Shown here: one piece after another, positions 22,042 through 32,896 of the stretch
Numbering within the stretch: the first letter of the stretch is position 1
Layout: each line of letters opens with the position of its first letter
The notes under the pieces: generated by a model
Told to the model about the DNA's origin: nothing
What the model saw: the letters and a program-made list of their open reading frames with translations, nothing else
Databases searched by the model: none
Made by a program: the position numbers and the translations under genes
Source of the DNA: Gammaproteobacteria bacterium
GTDB lineage: Bacteria > Pseudomonadota > Gammaproteobacteria > Eutrophobiales > Eutrophobiaceae
Reading direction: 5' to 3'
Length of the DNA stretch: 64,000 bases
NCBI GenBank assembly: GCA_965205955.1
Contig: OZ242192.1
Span: 1,477,118-1,541,117, forward strand

Positions 22042-23484
22042 TCAGTACTGAAGTTGCAAACCGACCTGAAATTGATCGACATCGGCGCCACGCAGACCTG
22101 TAATGTTTGCATCACCCGTCTGCCAGTTGGCATTGAGTCTGGCGTTATGTCCGGAAATTATATAGTTCACCCCCAATTCCAGCAAATCGCTATCTGGAGA
22201 CGAGTCCGGCATGTTTTCATTATAACGGACATAGGGCTGGAGCTTGCCGATGCCTACGTCTTGTGGAAAGAGATAGCCGGCCGTAATAAAATAGGATTCA
22301 CCATCGAATAAACAGAAGCAATTCCTAACCTGAGCAGCAGGAGCAACGGCAGCAGCATTAGCATCATCAAGGGCATCAATAAGGGCCTGATTACCAGCAG
22401 GAGTAGTAAGGGCAGTCCTAGCATCAAGAGCAGCCATAAGGTTCGTAGCAGTAGGAGCAGCAGCAACGGCAGCATTAGCCTGATCAAGGGCAGCAACAAG
22501 GGCCGCATTACCAGCAGGATCAGTAAGGTTAGTCCTAGCAGTATTAACAGCGGCGGTAGCACGACGGTTCGCAGCAGTAATCGTTTCTGGAATGTCATCG
22601 GAATCAAATACCTTGTATTCCCCCTCAATAGTAACTACCCCCTGGTTGGTCAGTGGTTTTTCGAACAGGAAATCAAAAATATAGGCCTCGAAGTCACCCG
22701 GTGTAGCCTCGGTACCCACGCCATCGCTCTGCTGGTTGAATGAAAACCCGAGGGTAAAAACATCACCGGCCGCGCCGTAATAGGTGCTGCTGGTATAATA
22801 GGCCGGGTTACCTTCCGGGTTCAGAAAATTGTAGGCGAAGCGACCCGCATACAGCAGGTTGTCATCCACATTGGCCCCGTTGTCAGTGCCCCCTGATACG
22901 GCGCCACTTAAACCATCAAAGACACCCAGCGCATATTGAAACTTGCTTTGTGTGCCCCAAACAGTGACCCCTTCGTCACGCCCCCATTCCCCTGCCGGTC
23001 CGCCACTATCGGAAGGCAGCAACGGCACGGTGTATTGATTCCATGACAGGGCATAGTAAGGGCCATTCATTTCAATACGGTCCGCCGGCACCAGCATACG
23101 CCCGGCCCAGACGTTGAATTGCGGGTTGAATTCAAACCGGGCAATCGCATCCAGTAATTCCATATCAGGATCTTCCGAACAGCCGCGCGGGCCTGCAGTC
23201 GCACACTCCGTGTTGACGGTAAACTTGATATTTTCATGGATCTGTCCATTGAAATACAAACGCACACTATCTATATTAAAATCATTGGAATAGTCATCCC
23301 CATTGCCCGCCGCATCTTCCCTGGCTTGAAACAGTGTCCTTACCCCACCGCCAATACTGATCCATTTCGTATCGTCAATCTCGATTTTGGCGCCTGCCGA
23401 AACCAATGAAGAAAACAACAAACAACTACTGACAAGCCCAACGGACAGACTTGTCTTGATCCTGTTTTTAGTCTTGTTACACAT
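22042..23484 (-). CDS. Outer-membrane porin, possibly an FmdC-like short-chain amide/urea porin. It carries an internal Ala-rich triple repeat.
   Basis: Signal peptide MCNKTKNRIKTSLSVGLVSSCLLFSSLVSAGA, predicted beta-strand-rich, with a C-terminal ...FQVGLQLQY aromatic terminus. It lies directly downstream of fmdB on the same strand. A GGGAGG ribosome-binding site is present. Confidence 0.65.
   Translation of the reverse strand: MCNKTKNRIKTSLSVGLVSSCLLFSSLVSAGAKIEIDDTKWISIGGGVRTLFQAREDAAGNGDDYSNDFNIDSVRLYFNGQIHENIKFTVNTECATAGPRGCSEDPDMELLDAIARFEFNPQFNVWAGRMLVPADRIEMNGPYYALSWNQYTVPLLPSDSGGPAGEWGRDEGVTVWGTQSKFQYALGVFDGLSGAVSGGTDNGANVDDNLLYAGRFAYNFLNPEGNPAYYTSSTYYGAAGDVFTLGFSFNQQSDGVGTEATPGDFEAYIFDFLFEKPLTNQGVVTIEGEYKVFDSDDIPETITAANRRATAAVNTARTNLTDPAGNAALVAALDQANAAVAAAPTATNLMAALDARTALTTPAGNQALIDALDDANAAAVAPAAQVRNCFCLFDGESYFITAGYLFPQDVGIGKLQPYVRYNENMPDSSPDSDLLELGVNYIISGHNARLNANWQTGDANITGLRGADVDQFQVGLQLQY
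22350..22600 (-). repeat. Three imperfect ~66-nt in-frame tandem repeats inside the porin gene, encoding (T)DPAGN.AL[VI].ALD.ANAA units.
   Basis: Nucleotide repeats gcattagc(a/c)tgatcaagggcagcaacaagggc...attaccagcagga are visible on the plus strand. The protein segment reads NLTDPAGNAALVAALDQANAAVAAAPTATNLMAALDARTALTTPAGNQALIDALDDANAAAVAP. Confidence 0.7.
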
Positions 23485-23637
23485 AAATCGTACCTCCCAC
23501 CCGCTACGGGGTGATTACTTTATTTGTTTTGCTTGGATATTCTTTAAAAGATTGGAGTAGTGTTTCCTGAGCCGGGAGACCGGGTTAAAACATCTTGTCG
23601 ATTTGCCATCTCCCAATGCAACAAACGGGAAACAGTG

Positions 23638-23937
23638 TCAATGCCCGAGCATCCATGGCCGGGATGGGCCGTGCTTATGCCTGACATTGCTACGCTTAGG
23701 CCCACTGTGCGACTCTTTTTCATCCTTACGCACCAGCCTTGGCTCATGGGCACTACGCTCATTATGTTGATGAGCAATACGCTGAGTATTTTCCATGGTA
23801 TTGAGCGAGGGCGCTTTGATGATACGTGGCGCCATTTGACCACAAGATGGACAAGTTGCGGGGAGCTTGCATGCGCTGATCTTACGCACATTGCTAAACT
23901 CCCCACACTCATCACAGTCGTAATGATAAACAGGCAT
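23638..23937 (-). CDS. fmdB: FmdB-family zinc-ribbon putative regulatory protein.
   Basis: MPVYHYDCDECGEF...CPSCG has a CxxC...CxxC zinc ribbon at the N-terminus. Its position downstream of a formamidase matches the fmdA-fmdB arrangement. Confidence 0.7.
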   Translation of the reverse strand: MPVYHYDCDECGEFSNVRKISACKLPATCPSCGQMAPRIIKAPSLNTMENTQRIAHQHNERSAHEPRLVRKDEKESHSGPKRSNVRHKHGPSRPWMLGH

Positions 23938-23960
23938 TACTGCCTCCGCTCACTATTGCT

Positions 23961-24482
23961 TCAGGACAATGCGCCCGTCAGCAATAAATATCCCGGGATC
24001 CAGCCTGTATAAATGCCCTGAACCGCACATACCATTCCGGTCACCTTTGCGATTGGTTTTTGCAAGGCCAGCAAGGCCCAAAACATCAGCCATAACACAG
24101 CCCACGATGCCCAACACAAGGCAAACCAGGTACCCCAGGTGCTGTTGGCGTCGCCAAAGGCATCCAGCGTAATCGGGATAACGGTTATACCGACAAAGAA
24201 GCAAAACCAGCCCAGGCCACGACCGTCCGCGCCGTTCCATCTGTTCCACGCCACCCAGAAATAGGTAAACGTAAACAGAAGGGTAAACGCAGCCGCCCTG
24301 ACGGAGGATAAATCTCCGGCACTTGCTCCACTAAAAGCCAGGTATAGGGCAACCAACAAGGTCAATGTACCGACAAAAATATTAATAACAGATATTTCGC
24401 GGTCTTCAATATAGCCCATGACCCAGATGCCGTTCAGAAAAAGAACGGCCCCGACAAACAATAACACTAGTCCAAGTAACAT
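23961..24482 (-). CDS. amiS: AmiS/UreI-family urea/short-chain-amide channel.
   Basis: 173 aa with 6 transmembrane segments. It is closely similar along its length to H. pylori UreI (MLLGLVLLFVGAVLFLNGI...WAVLWL...). Confidence 0.8.
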   Translation of the reverse strand: MLLGLVLLFVGAVLFLNGIWVMGYIEDREISVINIFVGTLTLLVALYLAFSGASAGDLSSVRAAAFTLLFTFTYFWVAWNRWNGADGRGLGWFCFFVGITVIPITLDAFGDANSTWGTWFALCWASWAVLWLMFWALLALQKPIAKVTGMVCAVQGIYTGWIPGYLLLTGALS

Positions 24483-24494
24483 AATATCCCTCTC

Positions 24495-25739
24495 CTAATC
24501 CGAATCTGCTACGTTAGTTCCCGCAACATGAGATTGACGAGAAGGACCGTCCTTATTTACTCGCATATCGAAATCGAATATCTCGGTCGGTAATGCCAGA
24601 GTACAACAGGCATTCGGGATATCAACGATACCGCTGATCCGCCCTTCTACGGGTGCAGTACCCAGAATCATATAGGCCTGTTCACCGCTGTAACCAAACT
24701 TCTTCATGTACTCAACCGCATTCAGACAAGCACGACGGTAAGCAATGGTCGCATCCAGATAATGTTGTTCCCCGGTATGCTCACAAACCGAAACCCCTTC
24801 GAATATCAGGTATTCCGTGAAGCGTGGTTCAATCCGACTCGGCTTGAATATAGGATTAATAACCCCATATTTCTCCATGCCGCCTTTAATCAGGTCTACC
24901 CCGATATCAATCCAACCGGCCATCTCAATGGCGCCGCAAAACGTGATTTCACCATCGCCCTGGGACCAGTGTATATCGCCCATGGAGAGACCGCCCCCAT
25001 CAACGTAAACCGGAAAATAGATCTGCGATCCACGCGACAGGTTTTTAATATCGCAATTGCCGCCATGCTCGCGTCCCGGCACCGTGCGGGCAGCGACTGC
25101 GCCAGCGTCCTTCGCCGCTGAGCCCCCCATTTGCCCCATCAGGGCGGTGGTTGTGCCTGCCATGCCATCCGGTAGCGTACACAAGGGTGGCACTCGATCC
25201 GGATCGGTTTTAAACAGCTTGGATTCCCGATCATTCCAGGTTGCCAGTAATTCGGCAGAAGGCAAACAACCAATCAGTCCCGGATGGATCATGCCGGGCC
25301 AACGTACGCCCGGTATATGCCGTGAAGAAGTGTGAATACCGTGAAAATCCCAACATGCCTTCCTCGCCTTGGGATAATGTCTATCCAGAAAGCCGCCACC
25401 ATTTTCATATGCGAAAATGCCGGTGAACCCCCACTGGGATGAGTCCAGCGCTCCAATATCATTGATATCCACCACCATCAGGTCACCCGGTTTCGCGCCT
25501 TCCACGCCGAACGGGCCGCTGAGATAGTGTACCTTGGAAAGATCGACATCACGGATATCGTTGGCACTCTCGTCGTTGTTGATTTGACCGCCGGTCCAAT
25601 CGTAACACTCTACCCGGAATTCATCGCCGGGCTTGAACATTTCCACCATGGGAATATCCGGATGCCACCGATTGTGCGGTTTGATATCCAGTTGTTCAGG
25701 AACTTTATTCGTATCAATACTAAATGCAGTTTTTGCCAT
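24495..25739 (-). CDS. fmdA: Formamidase (acetamidase/formamidase family).
   Basis: Start at MAKTAFSIDTNK, preceded by a GGAGGG ribosome-binding site. The FmdA_AmdA family is well conserved. Confidence 0.85.
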   Translation of the reverse strand: MAKTAFSIDTNKVPEQLDIKPHNRWHPDIPMVEMFKPGDEFRVECYDWTGGQINNDESANDIRDVDLSKVHYLSGPFGVEGAKPGDLMVVDINDIGALDSSQWGFTGIFAYENGGGFLDRHYPKARKACWDFHGIHTSSRHIPGVRWPGMIHPGLIGCLPSAELLATWNDRESKLFKTDPDRVPPLCTLPDGMAGTTTALMGQMGGSAAKDAGAVAARTVPGREHGGNCDIKNLSRGSQIYFPVYVDGGGLSMGDIHWSQGDGEITFCGAIEMAGWIDIGVDLIKGGMEKYGVINPIFKPSRIEPRFTEYLIFEGVSVCEHTGEQHYLDATIAYRRACLNAVEYMKKFGYSGEQAYMILGTAPVEGRISGIVDIPNACCTLALPTEIFDFDMRVNKDGPSRQSHVAGTNVADSD

Positions 25740-26073
25740 TTTGGAACTCCCTCCTTTGACCATATAGTTTATACTTATATTAGCTATCAACCTTCAGCAC
25801 ATTACTCAGAATAAGAAACTGTGCAAGTAAAATTGATAGTGAAACTTAAATACTACACTTTAATTATTATTAAACACACTAACATCATAAAGCATATTAT
25901 TATTTATTAGTTATAGCACATACCATGGAAAAAGCAAGAAAAATATATAAATAATATGAGGCCAGGAAGCCGAACAACGAGCGCCTGTTTCATTTAATGT
26001 TTATATTCAAATGACTTACAAGATAAATCAGACAAATTACTGAATATAATTCAGCCCACTTTTTTTTACATAA

Positions 26074-29000
26074 ATGACGCAAAAAATTACAGGTTGCCAG
26101 CACACAGACCGGGAGCAATGGGAATTCTGGATCGATCGCGGCGGCACGTTTACCGACGTGGTGGCCCGTCGGCCCAACGGCGAGGTGCTCACCCATAAAC
26201 TGCTGTCGGAAAACCCCCGGCAGTACCGGGATGCAGCGATTCAGGGCATCAAGGATATACTCAATCAATCCGGGTTTGCCATCGGCGGCGATCAAAGCCT
26301 GCCGAGCGAGCACATTCGGGCGGTCAAGATGGGGACCACTGTAGCCACCAATGCCCTGCTGGAACGCCGAGGCGAGCGCACCCTTCTGGTAATCACGCGC
26401 GGGTTTGCGGATGCCCTCAGAATCGGCTATCAGGCGCGCCCCGAGCTGTTCGCGTTGCACATCAAACTGCCGCAGATGCTGTACGAGGCGGCGCTTGAGA
26501 TCGAAGAACGCATCAATGCCGCCGGCGAAGTCCTGATTCCGCTGGATGTGGCCGGCGCGCAACGGGGGTTCGAGCGGTTTTTTGCCGCCGGCTACCGCTC
26601 CGCCGCCATCGTTTTGATGCACGGCTACCGCCATCACGATCACGAAAACCGGCTTGCCGAAATCGCCCGGGCTGCCGGGTTCGAGCAGGTGTCGGTGAGC
26701 CACGTGGTCAGCCCGTTGGTGAAACTGGTTTCCCGGGGGGATACCACCGTGGTGGATGCGTACCTCTCGCCGATCCTGCGCCGCTATGTCGATCAGGTGG
26801 CGTCGCAAATGCCGGGGCTCAGGGAGCTGGGCGGCAAGCTGATGTTCATGCGCTCCAATGGTGGATTGACCGACGCCGGTTTTTTTCAGGGCAAGGACGC
26901 AGTGCTTTCCGGCCCCGCCGGCGGCGTGGTGGGAATGGCGCGGGTGTCGGAACCGGCGGGCTTCAACCGGGTCATCGGTTTTGACATGGGCGGCACTTCC
27001 ACCGATGTCAGCCACTACAATGGCGAGTCCGGCCACGGCGAATTTGAACGGACTTTTGAAACCGAAGTGGCCGGGGTGAGGCTGCGCGCGCCAATGATGC
27101 TGATTCACACCGTGGCCGCCGGTGGCGGGTCGATCCTGCATTTTGATGGCGCGCGTTATCGCGTCGGCCCGGATTCCGCCGGCGCCTGTCCGGGCCCGGT
27201 GTGTTATCGCAACGGCGGACCGCTGACGATCACCGATTGCAATGTCATGGTAGGTAAACTCCAGCCTGATCTGTTCCCCCGGGTGTTCGGCGCCAGCGCC
27301 GATGAGGCGCTGGATGCGCGCGTGGTGGCGCAAAAATTTTCCGAACTGGCAACGCAGATCCAGTCCGAAACCGGCGACCAGCCCCCCCCGGAATCGGTGG
27401 CGGCGGGATTCCTCGCCATCGCCGTGGAAAATATGGCCAACGCCATCAAAAAGATTTCTGTGCAGCGTGGCTATGATGTCTCTGAATATACCCTGTGCTG
27501 TTTCGGCGGCGCCGGCGGGCAGCACGCCTGCCTGGTGGCCGATTCGCTGGCGATGAAGCGCATCCTGATTCATCCCTGCGCGGGGGTGCTGTCGGCCTAC
27601 GGCATGGGGCTGGCCGATACCGTGGTGGAACTCCAACAGGCGGTGGAAGCCGCTCTCGATCGCAAGCTGCTGGATGTGCTCGCTGGTGAACTGGACAGGC
27701 TACAGCGGGAAGGAATGGATGAATTGAAGGCCCGGGGCGAAGACTGCGCGGAAGGTAGCAGCCTGCGCTTTCGGCGAGCGCTGCACATCCGCTATCACGG
27801 CTCCGATACGGCCCTGGTGGTGGACCACGGCGGGCTGGAACAAGTGGTGTCGGCGTTTGAAGCGCTGCACCGCATGCGCTTTGGTTTCATCTCCCCGGAG
27901 AATGGCCTGGTGGTGGAATCGATCGAGGTGGAAGTGATCAAAACCGCCCGCCCGTCCACCATCGTCAACCGAGTCAACACCGACAGCCCGGCGGCTCGTC
28001 CCGACGCGCTAAGAAAGTGTTATATGGATGGCCGTTGGCAATCTTGCCCCTTTTATCATCGCAGTACCCTCAGTGCCGATGAGTTTGTGGAGGGTCCGGC
28101 GGTGATTCTCGACCCCACCAGCGCTATCGTGGTGGAGCCCGGATGGGGCGCGTTATTGACCGCCGATAACAATCTGGTGCTGGAACGCCGCCGGAAGCGC
28201 AGGCGGGAACGCGCGGTGGGAACCGGGGTTGATCCGGTTATGCTCGAGATCTTCAATAATCTTTTCATGTCCATCGCCGAGCAGATGGGCTCGGTGCTGG
28301 AGAACACCGCGGCGTCGGTCAACATCAAGGAGCGGCTGGATTTTTCCTGCGCAATTTTTGACCTCGGCGGCGCGCTGGTGGCGAATGCGCCGCACATGCC
28401 GGTGCATCTCGGCTCTATGAGCGAGAGCATCAAGACCGTGATCCGCGAGCGTGGCGCTAACATTGACCCCGGCGATGCCTATATTCTCAACGCGCCGTAC
28501 AACGGCGGCACCCACCTCCCGGACGTCACTATCATCAAGCCGGTGTTCGCAACTGGCAAACTTTTGTTTTATGTCGCCTCGCGCGGTCACCACGCCGACA
28601 TTGGCGGTAAAACTCCGGGCTCGGCGCCGGCGGATTCCACCAGCATTGAGGAAGAGGGGGTGGTCATCGACAACTTCAAACTGGTGCAGAACGACTGCTT
28701 CCGTGAACGGGAAGTTTATCAGCTGTTGACCGCCGGCAAGTGGCCGGCGCGCAATCCGCGGATGAACATCGCCGACTTCAAGGCGCAACTGGCCGCGTGC
28801 GAAAAGGGCGCACACGAGTTGATCGACATGGCGGAGCATTATGGCCTCGACACCGTGTACGCCTACATGCGGCACGTGCAGGACAACGCCGAAGAATCCG
28901 TGCGCCGCGTGCTCGGTGTGCTCGAGGACGGCAGTTTCACCTACGCCATGGACGACGGCAGTTGCATTGCGGTGGCAGTGCGGGTCGACCGTAAAAACCG

Positions 29001-29754
29001 CCGCACGGTGGTGGATTTTGCCGGCACCAGCGGGCAACATCCGGGTAACTTCAATGCGCCGTCGGCGGTGGTGCGCGCGGCGGTACTGTATGTGTTTCGC
29101 TGCCTGGTGGACGACGATATTCCATTAAATGAAGGCTGCCTGAAGCCGATGGAAATCATCATCCCCGAAGGTTCGATGATCAGTCCGCGTTATCCGGCGG
29201 CGGTCATCGCCGGCAACGTGGAGACTTCCCAGTATCTGGTTGACACCCTGTTCGGCGCTCTGCAAACCGTTGCCGCCTCCCAGGGTACGATGAACAACTT
29301 CATCTGGGGCAACGATGAATTTCAATACTATGAAACCATCTGCGGCGGCACCGGCGCAACGCCGGATGCGCACGGCACCGACGCGGTGCATTCGCACATG
29401 ACCAATTCGCGCCTGACCGACCCGGAAGTGCTCGAATGGCGGTTTCCGGTGGTGTTGGAATCCTTTGCCATCCGCACCGGATCCGGCGGCGCCGGCCGCC
29501 GTCACGGCGGGGATGGCGCCGTTCGCCGGGTAAGATTTCTCGCGCCGATGACCGCCAATATCATATCCGGCCACCGCAAGGTGCCCCCCTACGGCCTCGC
29601 CGGCGGGCAAAGCGGCGCTACCGGTAGAAACCGGGTTGAACACCCCGACGGAAGCGTAACGGAACTGGCCGGCGTCGCCCGGATTGAATTGAAGGCGGGG
29701 GACGTGTTCGTGATTGAAACCCCCGGAGGGGGCGGGTATGGTGCGGCGGAGTAG
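26074..29754 (+). CDS. Fused hydantoinase A/B-type ATP-dependent 5-oxoprolinase (OPLAH-like; it could instead be an N-methylhydantoinase).
   Basis: 1,226 aa. The N-terminal half is HyuA-like ([16 protein letters not shown]...) and the C-terminal half HyuB-like. GC is about 62%, higher than the flanking genes. Confidence 0.8.
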   Translation: MTQKITGCQHTDREQWEFWIDRGGTFTDVVARRPNGEVLTHKLLSENPRQYRDAAIQGIKDILNQSGFAIGGDQSLPSEHIRAVKMGTTVATNALLERRGERTLLVITRGFADALRIGYQARPELFALHIKLPQMLYEAALEIEERINAAGEVLIPLDVAGAQRGFERFFAAGYRSAAIVLMHGYRHHDHENRLAEIARAAGFEQVSVSHVVSPLVKLVSRGDTTVVDAYLSPILRRYVDQVASQMPGLRELGGKLMFMRSNGGLTDAGFFQGKDAVLSGPAGGVVGMARVSEPAGFNRVIGFDMGGTSTDVSHYNGESGHGEFERTFETEVAGVRLRAPMMLIHTVAAGGGSILHFDGARYRVGPDSAGACPGPVCYRNGGPLTITDCNVMVGKLQPDLFPRVFGASADEALDARVVAQKFSELATQIQSETGDQPPPESVAAGFLAIAVENMANAIKKISVQRGYDVSEYTLCCFGGAGGQHACLVADSLAMKRILIHPCAGVLSAYGMGLADTVVELQQAVEAALDRKLLDVLAGELDRLQREGMDELKARGEDCAEGSSLRFRRALHIRYHGSDTALVVDHGGLEQVVSAFEALHRMRFGFISPENGLVVESIEVEVIKTARPSTIVNRVNTDSPAARPDALRKCYMDGRWQSCPFYHRSTLSADEFVEGPAVILDPTSAIVVEPGWGALLTADNNLVLERRRKRRRERAVGTGVDPVMLEIFNNLFMSIAEQMGSVLENTAASVNIKERLDFSCAIFDLGGALVANAPHMPVHLGSMSESIKTVIRERGANIDPGDAYILNAPYNGGTHLPDVTIIKPVFATGKLLFYVASRGHHADIGGKTPGSAPADSTSIEEEGVVIDNFKLVQNDCFREREVYQLLTAGKWPARNPRMNIADFKAQLAACEKGAHELIDMAEHYGLDTVYAYMRHVQDNAEESVRRVLGVLEDGSFTYAMDDGSCIAVAVRVDRKNRRTVVDFAGTSGQHPGNFNAPSAVVRAAVLYVFRCLVDDDIPLNEGCLKPMEIIIPEGSMISPRYPAAVIAGNVETSQYLVDTLFGALQTVAASQGTMNNFIWGNDEFQYYETICGGTGATPDAHGTDAVHSHMTNSRLTDPEVLEWRFPVVLESFAIRTGSGGAGRRHGGDGAVRRVRFLAPMTANIISGHRKVPPYGLAGGQSGATGRNRVEHPDGSVTELAGVARIELKAGDVFVIETPGGGGYGAAE

Positions 29755-29806
29755 CATTGCCGAGGCCGTAACTGGATCAGCAAAAATCTGCGGACTGTAT
29801 TATTAA

Positions 29807-30616
29807 TTACTTTGAATACTGGCTATTATCTGTTTTTTTATAAATATAAATTACATTCATTTTAAATCCGGTAAAATGTTTTTCAATTAGTTCAAGGTGT
29901 CCGGCTGATACAAAGTCATTATCGATAAAATCTTCCAATTCACGATAATCGAATCCCAGGTGAGGGTCATAGCCGGTGTGTTTCGATTCTCTAAAGGAGC
30001 TTATCTCTCGTTTTTTTAGCAGATGTGCCAAATACTTCGAAAAACTATGTCTTTCAAAGAAATCTCCATAAGGATTGGGTCTAAGTAAATAACGACCTAA
30101 TAATTTAATTAATCCAACTATATAAATTTCATTAGGTATTGTTAGAATAATAATTCCCCCGGCATTTAAATGATTATAAATATTACTAAATGCATTATTA
30201 AAATTTCCAACATGCTCCAGGGTTTCAAAGCAGGTAACCAAATCAAAAGTCTTTTTCGTATCATTTATGGTATTCATATCAAAGAATTTGAATTGAGCAT
30301 CTGGAATCATCCTTTTTCGGGCTAAATCCAATAATTCTTCCGAACAGTCATAGCCCACTACAGTCGAAAATCGGAATTGAATATTCTTGATTATCTGTTC
30401 GATAATGAATCCATTCGAACATCCGAAATCCGCCCACTTGATTGTTTTTGATGGGAGGTATTTTCGAAACATCCTGAGAATTGCACGGAACCTGTTCCGA
30501 TGCACCAACGAGGCCGGATACCTGCTGGTATAATTTTTTTCATGCAATGATAAGTCTTGACTCATTTTGCGGAATAGTTTGATAAATATAGTAATCAACA
30601 GCCGAATAACAGCCAA
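29807..30616 (-). CDS. Class I SAM-dependent methyltransferase, orphan, in an AT-rich islet.
   Basis: Motif I ADFGCSNGFII and post-I VTCFETLEHV are present. The gene is about 30% GC, against about 55% for the surrounding DNA. Confidence 0.7.
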   Translation of the reverse strand: MAVIRLLITIFIKLFRKMSQDLSLHEKNYTSRYPASLVHRNRFRAILRMFRKYLPSKTIKWADFGCSNGFIIEQIIKNIQFRFSTVVGYDCSEELLDLARKRMIPDAQFKFFDMNTINDTKKTFDLVTCFETLEHVGNFNNAFSNIYNHLNAGGIIILTIPNEIYIVGLIKLLGRYLLRPNPYGDFFERHSFSKYLAHLLKKREISSFRESKHTGYDPHLGFDYRELEDFIDNDFVSAGHLELIEKHFTGFKMNVIYIYKKTDNSQYSK

Positions 30617-30915
30617 TTATATTATACAAATAGACTATTTCACAATCTATTCATCGACCCGTGCCGGGGGTACCACCCGCAACAGCCGTGCCGCCGATAC
30701 CCGGTAGCGCCTGTAGCAACTGATTCCGATTGCCTGCCTTGAGCAATTTGAGAAATGAGGTTTTGTGAACTGCAAGTATATAATCAATTATTTTATTCGC
30801 GTTTGTCGGACGGGATAAATTCGGTGCGTAGGGTAATTAAGGAGTATTTATTTTTATAGTTTTAACTTGGAAAGTTAAAGTTATTTATTAGCTATGAGAA
30901 TAAAACATTTGTTAC

Positions 30916-30944
30916 TTGACAAGTTGTGCGATGCAGCATATAAA
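30916..30944 (+). promoter_or_regulatory. Candidate sigma70 promoter for aceA.
   Basis: TTGACA (30916-30921), a 17-nt spacer, then TATAAA (30939-30944), lying ~100 nt upstream of the aceA GTG start. Confidence 0.5.
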
Positions 30945-31043
30945 GTATGTTTACACAAAAAAATTATGGTGGAAATGTGCAAGGGACCGGAGGCAAGACC
31001 ATGCACCTTCCTTTTGTTAATCATCAGTCATGGGGGATAGTTC

Positions 31044-32339
31044 GTGTTGAGAGAAGAGCAAATACAACAAATTCAGAGAGACTGGGATGAAAATCCGCGC
31101 TGGAAGGACGTAAAGCGTGGTTATACCGCGGAGGATGTTATGCGTCTGCGGGGGTCAATGCAGGAAGAATATACCCTTGCGCACAACGGAGCCGAAAAGT
31201 TATGGGATCTGCTCCATGAAGATGACCGTGTGATCTGCATGGGCGCGATCACCGCCGGCCAGGCAATGCAACAGGTCAAGGCCGGTATCAAGGCGATCTA
31301 TCTTTCGGGTTGGCAGGTTGCCGCCGATGGAAACACCTCGGAGACGATGTATCCCGATCAGTCTCTCTACGCATATAACTCGGTGCCAACCATGGTACGG
31401 CGCATTAATAATACCTTTAGGCGTGCCGATGAAATTCAGTGGGCACGAGGCGGGAATGATATTGATTATTTTGTGCCGATTGTTGCTGATGCCGAAGCCG
31501 GTTTTGGCGGGGTATTGAATGCCTTTGAATTAATGAAAAACATGGTTGAAGCCGGCGCTGCCGGGGTCCACTTTGAAGATCAGCTGGCGGCTGCGAAGAA
31601 ATGCGGCCATATGGGCGGAAAAGTGCTGGTTCCCACCCAGGAAGCCGTTCAAAAATTAATTGCGGCGCGTCTGGCAGCCGACATCATGGGTGTGTCCACG
31701 CTTGTAATCGCGCGCACCGACGCAAATGCGGCTAATCTGTTGACTTCCGATATAGATGAACGGGACAAACCGTTTGTTACCGGCGAGCGCACCAACGAGG
31801 GATTCTACAGAACCAATGCCGGTATGGATCAGGTGATTGCTCGCGGTGTTGCCTATGCCCCGTATGCCGATTTACTTTGGTTTGAAACCGCGGTTCCGGA
31901 TCTGGATGAAGCAAAACACTTTGCCGAAGCGATACACCGGGAATACCCGCAGCAGTTGCTTGCCTATAATTGTTCACCGTCTTTCAATTGGAAGCGGCAC
32001 CTCGATGATGCCACCCTGGCCAAATTCCAGAAAGAACTGGCTGCAATGGGCTATAAATATCAATTCATTACTTTGGCCGGTATTCACAGCATGTGGTACA
32101 ACATGTTCGATCTGACACGGGAATATGTGAAGCATGGCATACCCGCCTATGTTGAGAAGGTGCAGGAGCCAGAGTTTGCCGCGGCGGAAAAGGGGTACAC
32201 CTTTGCCAGCCATCAGCAGGAAGTGGGCGCCGGGTACTTCGATGATGTTACCACGGTGATACAGGGCGGCCAGTCTTCCGTTACTGCATTGACTGGTTCG
32301 ACCGAGGAGTTGCAGTTTGATGATGTGGTCTCGAAATGA
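31044..32339 (+). CDS. aceA: Isocitrate lyase.
   Basis: GTG start. The 431 aa carry the ICL signature region ...[15 protein letters not shown]... and a KKCGHMGGK catalytic loop. Confidence 0.9.
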   Translation: MLREEQIQQIQRDWDENPRWKDVKRGYTAEDVMRLRGSMQEEYTLAHNGAEKLWDLLHEDDRVICMGAITAGQAMQQVKAGIKAIYLSGWQVAADGNTSETMYPDQSLYAYNSVPTMVRRINNTFRRADEIQWARGGNDIDYFVPIVADAEAGFGGVLNAFELMKNMVEAGAAGVHFEDQLAAAKKCGHMGGKVLVPTQEAVQKLIAARLAADIMGVSTLVIARTDANAANLLTSDIDERDKPFVTGERTNEGFYRTNAGMDQVIARGVAYAPYADLLWFETAVPDLDEAKHFAEAIHREYPQQLLAYNCSPSFNWKRHLDDATLAKFQKELAAMGYKYQFITLAGIHSMWYNMFDLTREYVKHGIPAYVEKVQEPEFAAAEKGYTFASHQQEVGAGYFDDVTTVIQGGQSSVTALTGSTEELQFDDVVSK

Positions 32340-32479
32340 GGGGGTAGATTCAGGTTCGGGACAAATTAAAGGCGCTAGTGGTACACTGGCTATAGTTGCT
32401 ATCGTCAAGATATTTTTGTAATTCTGTCAGCCAAAGCCGCTGATGTTGTATTTATAAATGTCAGTGCATTTATACGGAT

Positions 32480-32896
32480 ATGGTAGTAAAAAATTCTGAT
32501 ATGATCGTCAGTGAGTCAATTCGTGTAAGAGGGGTTGTACAAGGCGTGGGTTTTCGCCCCACTGTTTGGCGAATTGCCAATGATTGTGGCCTCATGGGCG
32601 ATGTCATAAACGATGCCGATGGCGTGCTCATTATGGCAAAGGGTCAGAGAAAATGCCTGGACGAATTTGTGAAACGCCTGGAAGATGAAGCGCCGCCATT
32701 AGCTCGTATTGATTTAATTGAACGGCAATCTGTCGATGTATTGCCTACACAGGATCAATTTCATATAAAACCCAGTAACGTGGGGGATCCGCGCACCGGT
32801 ATAGCCCCTGACTCGGCTATTTGCAGTCATTGCATCATCGTAAAATCATCTAATCGAAAATTCAGAGTTAATCATGCACCCAAAGTTAAGAATTAA
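32480..32896 (+). pseudogene. hypF: Truncated N-terminal remnant of the [NiFe]-hydrogenase maturation factor HypF: the acylphosphatase domain plus the start of the first zinc finger only.
   Basis: IRVRGVVQGVGFRPTVWRIA...PPLARID...IAPDSAICSHC is colinear with the E. coli HypF N-terminus (GKVQGVGFRPFVW...PPLARID...VPDAATCPAC). The ORF ends 20 aa later with no further Cys motifs. Intact HypF is about 750 aa. Confidence 0.7.

Noticed and set aside
22254-22628. 124-aa poly-Leu ORF (...LLLLLLRTLWLLLMLGLPLLLLL...).
   Set aside because: It is an alternative reading frame of the Ala-rich tandem repeat inside the porin gene and is not an independent gene.
25990-27636. 548-aa minus-strand ORF antisense to the 5-oxoprolinase gene.
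   Set aside because: The sense-strand protein has clear hydantoinase homology along its whole length. The antisense translation is Arg/Gly/His-rich with no recognisable domain, typical of an open antisense frame in 62% GC DNA.
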